Below, in pieces: positions 1-9,152 of a stretch of DNA of 28,171 nucleotides. This DNA is from a virus. The first letter of the stretch is position 1, and each line of letters starts with the position of its first letter. The stretch lies in the UHGV virus genome UHGV-1292719; one strand, 5' to 3'. The notes beneath the pieces are model-generated. The model was not told the origin of the DNA and searched no databases. It worked only from the letters and a program-made list of their open reading frames with translations. Position numbers and translations under genes: made by a program.

Positions 1-198
1 GTCTCAAGTGAACCCACTTGAGACACTGTTTGTCATGCCCCAGTCGATAATGAACTGGGCCGGGTTGGTGCGATAAAACTGCTTAAGCGCTGGCAGCATT
101 TCAGGGTTCTGGCGAATGCGCTGTAAGCGCTCCATCCGCCATTCAAAAACCATCTGGTAATCAGGATGTTTAAAATCGAAGGGGAATGGTAACGGCAT
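1..198 (-). CDS. terminase large subunit, N-terminal portion (gene runs off the window start)
   Basis: Minus-strand ORF open to the window edge; N-terminus [14 protein letters not shown]...[24 protein letters not shown] resembles large-terminase N-termini that follow this type of small subunit; position directly downstream of the small subunit. Confidence 0.6.
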
Positions 199-200
199 AC

Positions 201-452
201 TTAGCCCATCATTTTTCTATACGCCTCTGCAGCCTGCTCCGGCGTTAAGTTGGTAATTTCTGTTCTGACTGGTCCTCCATCAGCGCCAGTCACTTCATTT
301 TTGACGTTGTCTTTAAACGCCTGAACAGAAACATGACGCCCAAGCAACTCAAGGTTTTTAACCTTATCAGGCCATTTGATTTTCTTCAGAAGTGCGGCGC
401 TATCTGCGGATACCATCTCCATGACATCCATTCCTATAGCGTTGTGCGCCAT
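201..452 (-). CDS. probable C-terminal part of the terminase small subunit, in a different frame from 434..751 (frameshift or sequencing error?)
   Basis: 83-aa ORF starting 18 nt inside the end of the upstream ORF; a stop lies immediately upstream in this frame; together the two ORFs give the ~180 aa usual for this family. Confidence 0.45.
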   Translation of the reverse strand: MAHNAIGMDVMEMVSADSAALLKKIKWPDKVKNLELLGRHVSVQAFKDNVKNEVTGADGGPVRTEITNLTPEQAAEAYRKMMG

Positions 453-751
453 ACCTTAGGCCAGTCTTTAATGGGTTTTAGCTCACCGTTTTGCAGGAGA
501 ATGTCAAGCACATCCATCTGGTCGATTTCAATAAGGCGATTAAGCACATATTCTGCATTAATACCAACAAGATCATTGCGTTGCGCTTTCAGTTCGGCGA
601 TTCTTAACTTGATGTCAGGTTTTGACAGGTTTTCGGATGCGGTACGGTTAGCTGTCTTAGCGCTGTACCCCGCCCGAATAGCCGCTTGCGTGGCGTTTAA
701 ATCGATGAGGTACTCGCGACAGAACATTTCTTGTTTGTCGGTGAGTGCCAT
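434..751 (-). CDS. terminase small subunit (N-terminal DNA-binding part)
   Basis: N-terminus [30 protein letters not shown] is the canonical start of Terminase_2-type small subunits; only 105 aa before the stop. Confidence 0.75.
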   Translation of the reverse strand: MALTDKQEMFCREYLIDLNATQAAIRAGYSAKTANRTASENLSKPDIKLRIAELKAQRNDLVGINAEYVLNRLIEIDQMDVLDILLQNGELKPIKDWPKVWRTTL

Positions 752-778
752 GTATCTCTCTCTTAAAAAGGAAGCTTT

Positions 779-940
779 ATGTCAAAAAATCCACGTACCC
801 CTAAATTTAAAATCGGCGACATTGTTTATTTGGTTTCAGGCGGCCCGGCGATGGCTATTCAGGAGCCAATCATAAACAGCTTTGATGTTTTTGTTGGTGA
901 TTACTGGTGTCAGTGGTTTTCAGGAAGAAAGCAAGAATGA
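779..940 (+). CDS. small DUF2158/YodC-like protein (53 aa)
   Basis: ATG at 779 preceded by AAAAAGGAAG; product MSKNPRTPKFKIGDIVYLVSGGPAMAIQ...WCQWFSG shows the GD-V-L-SGGP-M ... WF pattern of YodC-like proteins; stop overlaps the next start (ATGA). Confidence 0.5.
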   Translation: MSKNPRTPKFKIGDIVYLVSGGPAMAIQEPIINSFDVFVGDYWCQWFSGRKQE

Positions 941-1272
941 GCCAGATTTCCAGAAGAATCACTGACTGCTACCAACCCAAAGCCGTAAACCCAAACGCAC
1001 TCAAGTTGTCTCTTACAGACGTGATGAAGTGGATGATGGCTCAGTTAGAATATGACGGTTGCCTGTATCAGGAAGACGTAGTTGATTATTTAGTCAAACT
1101 CGATAATGAGCAGTTTCTGAAAGAAAATGCTGATGGTAATCTTGTTTTATCTACACCTGTCATTACCCAATTCCGCAAAGTAAGCGGTGATAAAGTGGTT
1201 TGGGTTAAGCCTGAGCGATATTGGCGTTATCGCGTTAATGAAGATGAGCCTGGTCGCGAAGCGCGCGGATAA
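937..1272 (+). CDS. hypothetical protein (111 aa), translationally coupled to the DUF2158-like gene
   Basis: ORF-track ORF 907..1272, trimmed to the ATG at 937 that overlaps the upstream stop; no recognisable motif. Confidence 0.5.
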   Translation: MSQISRRITDCYQPKAVNPNALKLSLTDVMKWMMAQLEYDGCLYQEDVVDYLVKLDNEQFLKENADGNLVLSTPVITQFRKVSGDKVVWVKPERYWRYRVNEDEPGREARG

Positions 1273-1280
1273 ATAATCTG

Positions 1281-1313
1281 TGGTGACTCTGTGTTATGGT
1301 CACCATTCTTATT
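1281..1313 (+). terminator. hairpin plus T-rich tail after the plus-strand two-gene operon
   Basis: TGGTGAC-11 nt loop-GTCACCA followed by TTCTTATT. Confidence 0.45.
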
Positions 1314-1393
1314 CAACGGAATCCAAGTCCGGTTTTACCATAATTCTGCACCTAAAGTTAAAGCCATTACAATGATGCTACCCATTTGACGGC

Positions 1394-1424
1394 AATAGAA
1401 AAGCCACTCGCACTTGCCAGTGGC
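1394..1424 (-). terminator. hairpin with U-tract downstream of the protease gene
   Basis: GCCACT-10 nt loop-AGTGGC; A-run 1394-1402 on the plus strand gives a U-tract after the hairpin on the minus-strand transcript. Confidence 0.45.
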
Positions 1425-1453
1425 CCTATGTCTTTTACTAAATCGCAGCTTGA

Positions 1454-2194
1454 TCAATGTTGAGGAAGTGAATTAACTGCATTTACGATTGGTTCTAACG
1501 AGAAACCAGTCCCAATGCCAGGATTGGCATTAAGATTCAACATTTCATTAACCATTTGCAGTGAGCGACTGAACATATCTGCCATTCGTCCAAAGTTAAC
1601 CCCCATGACTTCCACTGACATTTGCTGTGCTGCCTGCGCCAAATAGCCGCGAAGCTGAGCAACTTCATTAGAGAGCTGCTGCGCATCAGGCGGCAGAATG
1701 TATCGACGTTGAGTAACAATGCCTACAGCTTCTCCCGTTTCCCGGTCAATAATTGGACCGCCTGAATTTCCACCATTAACCATTCCATCAAGAGCAAAAC
1801 GCCCACTTTCCAGAGGGGCGGAAATAATCCCTTCATTCGTAAGCAATTGAGGCAGCCCATGCGGATACCCGGCAAAGATTAACTTTTTGCCTCGAGTTGG
1901 AGTAAATCCTACAGATGGTTGAAGTACTGTTCTCCCGGCAGGAAGCGGTGATTGCAACCGCATAATCGCAAAGTCGTTGTCACCATCAATGTACAATATT
2001 TGAGCTTCTATATGCTCATTAGATTCAGTCTGAAGGTTAACATGATTAATTTGACGCAGATTCTGCAAGTTACAGCAGGCGGCGACAACATGAAAATTGG
2101 TTACGACCAGATCTTCTCGCATAAAGCTGAACCCACTACCACGAGAATCCCCTGCAATGACCTGAAAAGTTGCGTTGGCTAGAGTTTGATGCAT
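1454..2194 (-). CDS. trypsin-fold (S1/chymotrypsin-like) serine protease, no signal peptide, with ~90-aa C-terminal extension
   Basis: 246-aa ORF; catalytic-triad motifs in order His (VVTNFHVV), Asp (DNDFAIMRL), Ser (GNSGGP); GGAG 7 nt upstream of the ATG; no hydrophobic N-terminal leader. Confidence 0.8.
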   Translation of the reverse strand: MHQTLANATFQVIAGDSRGSGFSFMREDLVVTNFHVVAACCNLQNLRQINHVNLQTESNEHIEAQILYIDGDNDFAIMRLQSPLPAGRTVLQPSVGFTPTRGKKLIFAGYPHGLPQLLTNEGIISAPLESGRFALDGMVNGGNSGGPIIDRETGEAVGIVTQRRYILPPDAQQLSNEVAQLRGYLAQAAQQMSVEVMGVNFGRMADMFSRSLQMVNEMLNLNANPGIGTGFSLEPIVNAVNSLPQH

Positions 2195-2250
2195 CGATTT
2201 GCTCCGATACCGGTGTGTGAAAAAATCATAATGAATTCATCCACCAGAAT

Positions 2251-2271
2251 AATTGATGTGTCACATCAATT
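2251..2271. promoter_or_regulatory. perfect 10-bp inverted repeat (operator-like) between the small ORF and the protease gene
   Basis: AATTGATGTG-T-CACATCAATT read directly; a further ACATCAATT half-site copy sits near 2294-2302. Confidence 0.45.
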
Positions 2272-2307
2272 TACGCTCGAAATATTCAATACATCAATTA
2301 GCCCGTA

Positions 2308-2745
<438 letters not shown>

Positions 2746-3045
2746 TAAGGCTGGAGGTTCATCTTTCAGTGGCTGCCAGTGTTATTTCCCCACTTACTGG
2801 CTTGGGTTGTTTCGCTGTACTGCCGTAACTGGTTGCCCAGAATAAATTCCGGTTTCATTATCAAGCCCACCCGTAGATAGGCTTTGTAATGAACTGGCTC
2901 TTATCTCAACGCAGCCCCTTACCGCGCGCCAGATGCTCAACTTCAAGCATCAGCAATGAGATGTTTAATCTGGATTCACTCCAGAAGTGATCACCACCCT
3001 GTCTACAGAGCCAGATGTGAAGGATGATGAGTAAAATTATCGCTA

Positions 3046-3483
3046 TCATCGAAGGCATTGCGTCCTGATGTATTCCTGCAAGTAGTTAACCTGCGCGGTT
3101 ATCCTGTCGATTCCACTTCGGAGACGGTAATAATTGAGTTCAGCATCTGCTGTAAGTCTTGGGCTTTCTCCATCGCCCATGCTGCTGGCTCCGGTCGTTG
3201 ACTTTGCACAGGTGGCGGCGACTTGCAGGCGCTTACGCCCAGCAGAAACATCAGCACGGAGACTTTCGATAGTCGCGTTAGCATCAGCAAGTTCCTTTGT
3301 ATATCTTGCGTCGAGTTCTGCTACATCACGTTGACGCTTCTGCATATCAGCGATGATGGATGTGGCTTTATCGCGCTGTTCTTTGTAGGTCATGGCGTTA
3401 TCACGGTAATGATTAACAGCCCATGACAGGCAGACGATGATGCAGATAACCAGAGCGGAGATAATCGCGGTTACTCTACTCAT
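3046..3483 (-). CDS. Rz: i-spanin Rz
   Basis: [30 protein letters not shown]... closely matches lambda Rz; start overlaps the endolysin stop (ATGA). Confidence 0.9.
   Translation of the reverse strand: MSRVTAIISALVICIIVCLSWAVNHYRDNAMTYKEQRDKATSIIADMQKRQRDVAELDARYTKELADANATIESLRADVSAGRKRLQVAATCAKSTTGASSMGDGESPRLTADAELNYYRLRSGIDRITAQVNYLQEYIRTQCLR
3099..3290 (-). CDS. Rz1: o-spanin Rz1 lipoprotein, embedded in the +1 frame of Rz
   Basis: Nested ORF with lipobox-like LLGVSAC followed by a proline-rich stretch ([13 protein letters not shown]), as in lambda Rz1. Confidence 0.75.
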   Translation of the reverse strand: MLMLTRLSKVSVLMFLLGVSACKSPPPVQSQRPEPAAWAMEKAQDLQQMLNSIITVSEVESTG

Positions 3484-3977
3484 TGTTGCCCCCACAAACA
3501 GACTTCACGCTCAATCTCACGGCGAGTCATCAGCCCTTTCCATTGCTTACCGCCAGCGTATGTCCAGCGCCGTAGCTGATCACATGCGCCTTTGATATCG
3601 CCCTGGTTTATTTTGCGAAGAAGCGTCGATGTTCTGAAATTTCCAGCACCAACGTTGTAAACGAACGAGTAAAGAGCGCCGCGCGTTGTTTCCGGTATAT
3701 CGACTTTGATGTACGGGTTAATTTGTCTGGCGACAGTGGCAAGGTCTTTATTCAGGAGGGCTTTGCATTCTGCTTCGGTATACGTTTTACCGAGCATAAT
3801 GTCTTTTCCGGTATGCCCGTAACATACAGTCCATACACCAACGATATCTTTATATGGTATGTAGCTGACGCCTTCCAGACCATCGTTACCACTTGGGCCA
3901 GTGATTAACACAGATGCTATAGCAATAGCCCCGCCACCAATAGCCGCAGCAACGGCTTTTCGTAATGATGGAGGCAT
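3480..3977 (-). CDS. R: endolysin (phage lysozyme) with N-terminal signal-anchor-release-like segment
   Basis: 165 aa; glycine/alanine-rich hydrophobic N-terminus [20 protein letters not shown] then lysozyme-like core; matches the phage 21 / DLP12-type endolysin from memory; follows the holin with ATGA overlap. Confidence 0.9.
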   Translation of the reverse strand: MPPSLRKAVAAAIGGGAIAIASVLITGPSGNDGLEGVSYIPYKDIVGVWTVCYGHTGKDIMLGKTYTEAECKALLNKDLATVARQINPYIKVDIPETTRGALYSFVYNVGAGNFRTSTLLRKINQGDIKGACDQLRRWTYAGGKQWKGLMTRREIEREVCLWGQQ

Positions 3978-4192
3978 TATTCACCTCTCGCAGCCTTTCT
4001 TCTGTCTTCTCTGATTTTGAAGTACAGATTTGTCAGATAGGTGAGAAAGCCCAACACAAGGCTTCCAAGCACCCCAATCGCAGCCCACTGTGATGGACTG
4101 ACCTGATCCAACCACTGCAAAAACCAGTATCCCGCACTACCAGCGGATGTTCCGTAGGCAATGCCAGTTGAGATTTTGTCCATTGATTTCAT
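3977..4192 (-). CDS. S: class II holin (phage 21 S-type pinholin) with dual start
   Basis: 71 aa, [30 protein letters not shown]...; two transmembrane segments and charged C-terminus; Met1/Met4 dual-start arrangement. Confidence 0.85.
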   Translation of the reverse strand: MKSMDKISTGIAYGTSAGSAGYWFLQWLDQVSPSQWAAIGVLGSLVLGFLTYLTNLYFKIREDRRKAARGE

Positions 4193-4310
4193 AGCAACGC
4201 CTCCGCCAGTAACGGATTGCGTAGTTCTTATATTGGGAAGGGAGAAAAAGAAGACCGCAGCATAACTATCACTGATGAATTCAGGACATCCAGTGGCTAC
4301 GGCTCAGTTA

Positions 4311-4386
4311 TGGTGCTGGTTAACGGACTTGAACCGCTACCCATTCGCTTACAAGGCGACCGCTCTACCATTGGAGCTAAACCAGC
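4311..4386 (-). tRNA. tRNA gene (76 nt, ends CCA), anticodon tentatively UGU (Thr)
   Basis: Folded by hand: 7-bp acceptor stem GCTGGTT/AACCAGC, D-arm GCTC/GAGC with GG loop, anticodon loop CUUGUAA, T-arm with TTCAAGT loop; lies in the Q-S interval where lambdoid phages often carry tRNAs. Confidence 0.55.
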
Positions 4387-4391
4387 ATATT

Positions 4392-4466
4392 TGGCGGGAC
4401 AGCGTGGACTCGAACCACGATAAGAAGGTTAACAGCCTTCCGTAATGACCTTTATACGACTGACCC
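4392..4466 (-). tRNA. second tRNA-like sequence (75 nt, ends CCA), anticodon tentatively GUU (Asn); irregular stems
   Basis: Perfect T-arm CGTGG-TTCGAGT-CCACG and anticodon stem GAAGG/CCTTC with loop CUGUUAA, but one acceptor mismatch and a weak D-stem. Confidence 0.4.
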
Positions 4467-4557
4467 AAATAAAAAAAGCCACCGTTGCAACTTAAGAGTC
4501 ACTAACGGCAGCTTATGCGAATAGTGTTGCTCATTTGCTCAATGATGTCAACACGTT

Positions 4558-5046
4558 CTATGCTACATGTTTAATTTTCTCTACACGTTTCCGGTTTTTA
4601 AACGCACTATTCAGAACCGGGTAAATCATAAACAACGAGGCATTGAGGATTTCGTCAACTTCCCGTCGACAGGTTGCGAGCGATGGTTTTTGAATGCGCC
4701 CGCCGCCCCGGCATAACATCTTGCGAGGTCTTGCGACGCGATGATAGTAAGATGCAATGGCGTGCTTGGAAGAGCCGTGGGCGTAGTAGCTGAGGAGGAT
4801 GCCAAAGGCTTTCTTGTCAATGTACATGACGGAATTGACGACCTGAGAAATCAACATTCCATCATCATCATTACACATTGGCCTTGTCATAACTCTTCCC
4901 GGCTCTACGCTCTCCATGAACTTAGCTATTACGCTGCTCATGCGCTTTTCCAGACGACCTGAATAAACCCATGCGCCCCACAGTTCAAGCCAGCCATTCA
5001 GCCACTCGTGCTGTTCTTTGGTGAGGTTTAGTTCTCTTATGCCCAT
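4558..5046 (-). CDS. Q: late-gene antiterminator Q-like protein
   Basis: Last gene before the lysis cassette, immediately after ninG; ORF trimmed to the ATG preceded by AAGGGAGAAGG (MGIRELNLTKEQ...). Confidence 0.65.
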   Translation of the reverse strand: MGIRELNLTKEQHEWLNGWLELWGAWVYSGRLEKRMSSVIAKFMESVEPGRVMTRPMCNDDDGMLISQVVNSVMYIDKKAFGILLSYYAHGSSKHAIASYYHRVARPRKMLCRGGGRIQKPSLATCRREVDEILNASLFMIYPVLNSAFKNRKRVEKIKHVA

Positions 5047-5089
5047 GCGCCTTCTCCCTTGTGATCTGGAATGGTTTTTACTGAGAACG

Positions 5090-5704
5090 TCATGCGGCCT
5101 CACTTCTGCTGTTTCGCAGGTCTTTGAGTTTCTGCTGATACTCCGCCTTGATGGCCCTGCACTCTTCGACAGTCCAGCGATGGCGGTTATGGTTTGATTC
5201 GATTTCGTCTACTGCTTCCTGCCCGATGCGGCTAATCAGTTCGACGCGATACGGAACGAGATTTCCGCTTTTGTGCTGGTTGCACACCACGCATTGCTTG
5301 TGAATATTGCGTTCATCAAATCGGAGTTGAGGTGCCGCAGCAGTTGTCCGGTAATGTCCGGCATCCCACTGAGCAGACGTGAGCGTTCCGCAAGAGATAC
5401 ATGGTAAGTCGCGGTCTCTTTCTCTGATGAAGGCGTTTACGGCTTGTTGGGCTTGTTTAATCCAGTAACTGCGGGGCTTTAAGGCGAGTTTTCTAATCTT
5501 AAGTTTATCTTTCTGTTTCTGCTCCTCTCGTCGTCGTTTCTTCTCTGCTGCTTTTTCCGCTTTTTCGCGTTCTTTACTTCGTCGTTCGAGTGCTATCTTG
5601 GTTCCACACTCTGGAGAGCACCACCACTGATTAGCGAATGCAGGGTGAAACCATTCCCGACATTCATCGTTTTTACATCGTCTTCGCGCTGGTTTAGCCA
5701 TCAT
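5090..5704 (-). CDS. ninG: NinG (Rap) recombination protein
   Basis: 204 aa, cysteine-rich N-terminus and lysine/glutamate-rich basic stretch; matches lambda NinG from memory. Confidence 0.85.
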
Positions 5705-5906
5705 CTTCTTCCTCGTGCATCGAGCTATTCGAATCGCTCATCAGCTCTGCACAGCAGTACTCACACACGTGAACTTCCAGCACATGCAGCTTCTGACCGC
5801 AATTAGCGCACGTTAAAGCCCGCTCGACGCTTTCTTGTTCGTAACTTCGATTTGGGTCAATCACCTTGTATTCCTCGCACGATGTCTTAGCCACCGGATA
5901 TCCCAC
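5694..5906 (-). CDS. ninF: NinF-like protein
   Basis: C-terminal ~50 aa ([34 protein letters not shown]...MHEEEDDG) matches lambda NinF. Confidence 0.7.
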
Positions 5907-6043
5907 AGGTGAGCCGTGTAGTTGAAGGTTTTTACGTCAGATTCTTTTGGGATTGGCTTGCGTTTATTTCTGGAGCGTTTCGTTGGAAGGTATTTGCAGT
6001 TTTCGCAGATGATGTCGGTGATACTTCGTCGCTGTCGTCTCAT
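5861..6043 (-). CDS. ninE: NinE-like protein (60 aa)
   Basis: [52 protein letters not shown]... within ORF 5861..6103; start overlaps the NinB stop. Confidence 0.7.
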   Translation of the reverse strand: MRRQRRSITDIICENCKYLPTKRSRNKRKPIPKESDVKTFNYTAHLWDIRWLRHRARNTR

Positions 6044-6480
6044 GCCGCCCTGTCTCCCCATCGCGCTTTCCATTCGAGAGCCAGTCGCGCTTCGTCCGAC
6101 CACTTAACGCCACGCTCTGTACCGAATGCCTGTATAAGCTCTAATAGCTCCGCAAATTCGCTTACACGCATCCTGCTGGTTGACTGGCTTATTACCACAA
6201 AGCCATTCCCGGCAAGGTTAGGAACAACATCCTGCTGCTTTAATGCTGCGGTAAACACACACTTCCAGCTTTCTGCATCCAGCCAGCGACCATGCCATTC
6301 AACCTGACGAGAGACGTCACCAAGGCAAGCCCAAAGCTTTCGATTCTGGTCTAAGCTGCGGTTGCGTTCCTGAATGGTTACTACGATTGGTTTGGTTGGG
6401 TCTGGAAGGATTTGCTGTACTGCGTGAATAGCGTTCTGCTGATGTGCTGGAGATCGAATTTCAAAGGTTAGTTTTTTCAT
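6040..6480 (-). CDS. ninB: NinB (Orf-family recombination mediator)
   Basis: 146 aa from [38 protein letters not shown]..., matching lambda NinB. Confidence 0.85.
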   Translation of the reverse strand: MKKLTFEIRSPAHQQNAIHAVQQILPDPTKPIVVTIQERNRSLDQNRKLWACLGDVSRQVEWHGRWLDAESWKCVFTAALKQQDVVPNLAGNGFVVISQSTSRMRVSEFAELLELIQAFGTERGVKWSDEARLALEWKARWGDRAA

Positions 6481-6553
6481 GACTTCCCTCTCCCCCAAAT
6501 AAAAAGGCCTGCGATTACCAGCAGGCCTGTTATTAGCTCAGTGATGTAGATGG

Positions 6554-6844
6554 TCATCTTTTAACTCCATATACCGCCAATACCCGTTTCATCGCGGCAC
6601 TCTGGCGACACTCCTTAAAAATTAGGTTCGTGCTCATCTTTCCTTCCCGTTCTTCCTTGGTAGCAAACCGGTAATACACCGTTCGCCAGACCTTACCTTC
6701 GATAACCAGAAGACCTGCCCGTGCCATTTTAGCCGCGGCCTGATTTATGCTGGTTACTGTTGCTCCTGTTAGCGCGGCAACGTCCGGCGCACAGAAGCTA
6801 TTATGCGTCCCCAGGTAATGAATAATTGCCTCTTTGCCCGTCAT
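6554..6844 (-). CDS. ren: Ren protein
   Basis: 96 aa, MTGKEAIIHYLGTHNSFCAPDVAALTGATV..., near-identical to lambda Ren from memory. Confidence 0.85.
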   Translation of the reverse strand: MTGKEAIIHYLGTHNSFCAPDVAALTGATVTSINQAAAKMARAGLLVIEGKVWRTVYYRFATKEEREGKMSTNLIFKECRQSAAMKRVLAVYGVKR

Positions 6845-7542
6845 ACACTTGCTCCTTTCAGTCCGAACTTAGCTTTGAGTTCTGCGATCTTCGCCAGAGC
6901 CTGTGCACGATTTAGAGGTCTACCGCCCATGACAGGAAGTTGTTTTACTGGTTCAGGGATCGCCTCACCACGGTTAATTCTCGCAGTCATATGGACAAGC
7001 TCATCTGCGGCCTTACGGCGTAATTCCGCATCAGTAAGCGCATTGGCCCGCATGTTCTGATACAGGTTGGTAACCAGCCAGTAGTGCGAGTTTGATTTCC
7101 ACGGATAAGACTCCGCATCCGGATACAGGCCTCGCTTCCGGCAATACTCATAAACCATATCAACCAGCTCGCTGACGTTTGGCAGCCCGGCGGTAACGGA
7201 TGCTTCTTCCCGGCACCATGCAACAAACTGCCCGGGTGATGGCAGAAATGGTCGATTCTGCCGACGGGCTACGCGCATTCCTGCGTTAACCTGTTCCATC
7301 GTGGTGATCCCGTTTTCCCGAAAAGCCAGAACCCACTGGCGACGGATTTCGTTCACTTCGTTCTGGTCACGGTTAGCCAGGCTCGCCGGGAAAGTTGCCA
7401 GTAACTGGCTGAACACACCATTGATGATCTGCGCTACCTGTTGTACCTGCGGCTTTTCGTCGTACTGTTCCGGCATGTTGTTGGCGATCCGACGCATCTG
7501 CTCACGGTCAAAGTTAACCATCTGTGCGGCGATGTTTTTCAT
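6841..7542 (-). CDS. P: replication protein P (DnaB helicase loader)
   Basis: 233 aa, same length as lambda P with a closely matching sequence; overlaps the O stop. Confidence 0.9.
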   Translation of the reverse strand: MKNIAAQMVNFDREQMRRIANNMPEQYDEKPQVQQVAQIINGVFSQLLATFPASLANRDQNEVNEIRRQWVLAFRENGITTMEQVNAGMRVARRQNRPFLPSPGQFVAWCREEASVTAGLPNVSELVDMVYEYCRKRGLYPDAESYPWKSNSHYWLVTNLYQNMRANALTDAELRRKAADELVHMTARINRGEAIPEPVKQLPVMGGRPLNRAQALAKIAELKAKFGLKGASV

Positions 7543-8438
7543 AAATCCACCCCGTAAATCCAGTCAGTGTTTGTCAGGTCGAGTTTTGGTTTGCTGGCTG
7601 TCACGCCTGCCTGTTGCTTGTTACGGTTGATTTCGAGCTGGGTCCACTTGTCGCGGAGTTTGGCCGGACTCAGCACGTTACCGGACCAGAAGTTGTCCTG
7701 GCAGGCCCAGCGGAAAAGCACACACATATCGCGGTGGTTACGTCCGTCACGTTCACGCATCAGGCGGATATCGTTAGCCCACCTAGCAAAATTCGGTTTT
7801 CTGGCTGATGGCGCGATGGTCTTCACCATGTCAAACATCCACTCTGCGGCGGTCAGGTCTTCTGCTGTTCCCCACTTGCTGCCGCTCTGAATTGCAGCAT
7901 CCGGTTTAACCACAGAAAGATCGTTTTCTGGCTGGTCAGAGGATTCGCCAGAATTCTCGGACGAATAATCTTTTCTTTTTTCTTTTGTAATAGTGTCTTT
8001 TGTGTCCCCCTGTTTTGAGGGATAGCACCCCCCCAATTTGAGGGATGTTTTATCCCTCGTTTTAGGGGATTTTCCCTCGTTTTGAGGGATACACCATTCT
8101 GAGATGTTTTTATTTGGTCCAAACATGCCGCCTTGCTGCTTGATAATATTCATTCTGACGAGTTCTAACTTGGCTTCATTGCACCGTTTGACAGGTAACT
8201 TTGTAATCTCGCTAAGTTGAGAATCGGTGATTCTGTCCATTGGTTTATTCCACCCATAGGTTTTACGCAGAATGGCAAGCAGCACTTTAAACTGTCGCTT
8301 GGTCAGATCTGCGCCCGAATAAGCCTCAAGCAGCATATTTGATAGTCTGGCGTAACCATCATCGAGATCTGCCACATTACGCTCCTGTCCGGCAAAGTTA
8401 CCTCTGCCGAAGTTGAGTATTTTTGCTGTATTTGTCAT
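7539..8438 (-). CDS. O: replication initiator protein O
   Basis: 299 aa, lambda O-like; contains the ori iterons in its central region. Confidence 0.9.
   Translation of the reverse strand: MTNTAKILNFGRGNFAGQERNVADLDDGYARLSNMLLEAYSGADLTKRQFKVLLAILRKTYGWNKPMDRITDSQLSEITKLPVKRCNEAKLELVRMNIIKQQGGMFGPNKNISEWCIPQNEGKSPKTRDKTSLKLGGCYPSKQGDTKDTITKEKRKDYSSENSGESSDQPENDLSVVKPDAAIQSGSKWGTAEDLTAAEWMFDMVKTIAPSARKPNFARWANDIRLMRERDGRNHRDMCVLFRWACQDNFWSGNVLSPAKLRDKWTQLEINRNKQQAGVTASKPKLDLTNTDWIYGVDL
8003..8091. repeat. ori-lambda-type iterons (four ~18-bp repeats) with adjacent AT-rich region, inside the O gene
   Basis: Four repeats of the CCCTC-N-TTTTGAGGGA type (TCCCCCTGTTTTGAGGGATA, CCCCCCAATTTGAGGGATG, TCCCTCGTTTTAGGGGAT, TCCCTCGTTTTGAGGGATA); AT-rich tract at ~7961-8000. 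Confidence 0.8.
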
Positions 8439-8470
8439 AATGACTCCTGTTGATAGATCCAGTAATGACC

Positions 8471-8770
8471 TCAGAACTCCATCTGGATTTGTTCAGAACG
8501 CTCGGTCTTGCACACCGGGCGTTTTTTATTGGTGAGTTCATCAAGCGCATACTTAAAAGCCCTGCTAATCGGACTGATGTCTGATGCCATTCCGAAAGCA
8601 CACAAGACCGAAGCAATAAACCGCCAGTCCGTTCTGCTTATCTTCGATTCATGACAGCCAATCATCTTTGCCAGACCGCGCTGGGTAAGCGTTGACAGGT
8701 TGATGAGTAAATCAGTTTCAGCGCGATCAATTTCTCGCTGTGTTGGCTTGCTGTAGCTTGCTTGTGCCAT
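8471..8770 (-). CDS. cII: cII-like transcriptional activator
   Basis: C-terminus ...LTNKKRPVCKTERSEQIQMEF matches lambda cII; lies between cro and O. Confidence 0.75.
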   Translation of the reverse strand: MAQASYSKPTQREIDRAETDLLINLSTLTQRGLAKMIGCHESKISRTDWRFIASVLCAFGMASDISPISRAFKYALDELTNKKRPVCKTERSEQIQMEF

Positions 8771-8834
8771 TTGTTAATTTTCCTATATTGATATTGAGTT
8801 ATAGCGGCACACCCAATGGATTTGCCGCTGATGT

Positions 8835-8874
8835 TTGCTCACCCGGTTAGAGGTGAAAGGCCAGAACTGTTAAA
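8835..8874 (-). promoter_or_regulatory. nutR-like site (boxA plus boxB hairpin)
   Basis: Minus strand reads TGCTCTTTAACA (boxA-like) then hairpin TCACC-loop-GGTGA, between cro and cII. Confidence 0.45.
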
Positions 8875-8885
8875 GAGCAATTTGC

Positions 8886-9071
8886 TTATGCCGCTTGGCG
8901 GTAAGCACTTTCTTGATACTTCAGGGCGCCAGCTGTAACGATTTCCAATCGATAGGCGTCTTTCTCTGGGATAACTTCTTTCCACTGAGAGACTGCTGCA
9001 TCGCTAATGCCTAGTGCTTTAGCAACAGCACGCTGGGTTCCGAAGTGGTCAATAACATCTTTTTTGTACAT
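8886..9071 (-). CDS. cro: Cro repressor, P22-type
   Basis: 61 aa, MYKKDVIDHFGTQRAVAKALGISDAAVSQWKEVIPEKDAYRLEIV...; helix-turn-helix; divergent from the repressor gene. Confidence 0.85.
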   Translation of the reverse strand: MYKKDVIDHFGTQRAVAKALGISDAAVSQWKEVIPEKDAYRLEIVTAGALKYQESAYRQAA

Positions 9072-9079
9072 AGACTCGC

Positions 9080-9152
9080 CCCCGAAATTAAAGAATACTT
9101 AAATTATCCACCAAAGGAATCTTAAGTCAAGTTTATTTAAGATGTCTTAACT
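9080..9152. promoter_or_regulatory. right operator / PR-PRM region with P22-type operator half-sites
   Basis: 73-bp divergent intergenic region with TTAAG...CTTAA-type 18-bp sites, e.g. ATTTAAGATGTCTTAACT at 9135-9152. Confidence 0.55.

Noticed and set aside
333-875. 180-aa plus-strand ORF
   Set aside because: Lies entirely antisense to the terminase small-subunit gene, with no start context; treated as a shadow ORF.
7567-7890. Plus-strand ORFs 7567..7890 and 7614..7808, and similar antisense ORFs (4741..4962, 5909..6307, 6803..7060, 9464..9784, 12517..13072, 13198..13514, 13777..14303, 14551..14888, 15235..15668, 15848..16177, 16597..16916)
   Set aside because: Each is embedded antisense in a well-supported phage gene (Q, nin, P, O, c2, bet, exo, methyltransferase, int); lambda has no known genes there.
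8003-8091. Possible CRISPR array suggested by short direct repeats
   Set aside because: The repeats are the four ori-lambda-type iterons inside the O gene; they are contiguous with no spacers and no cas genes are nearby.
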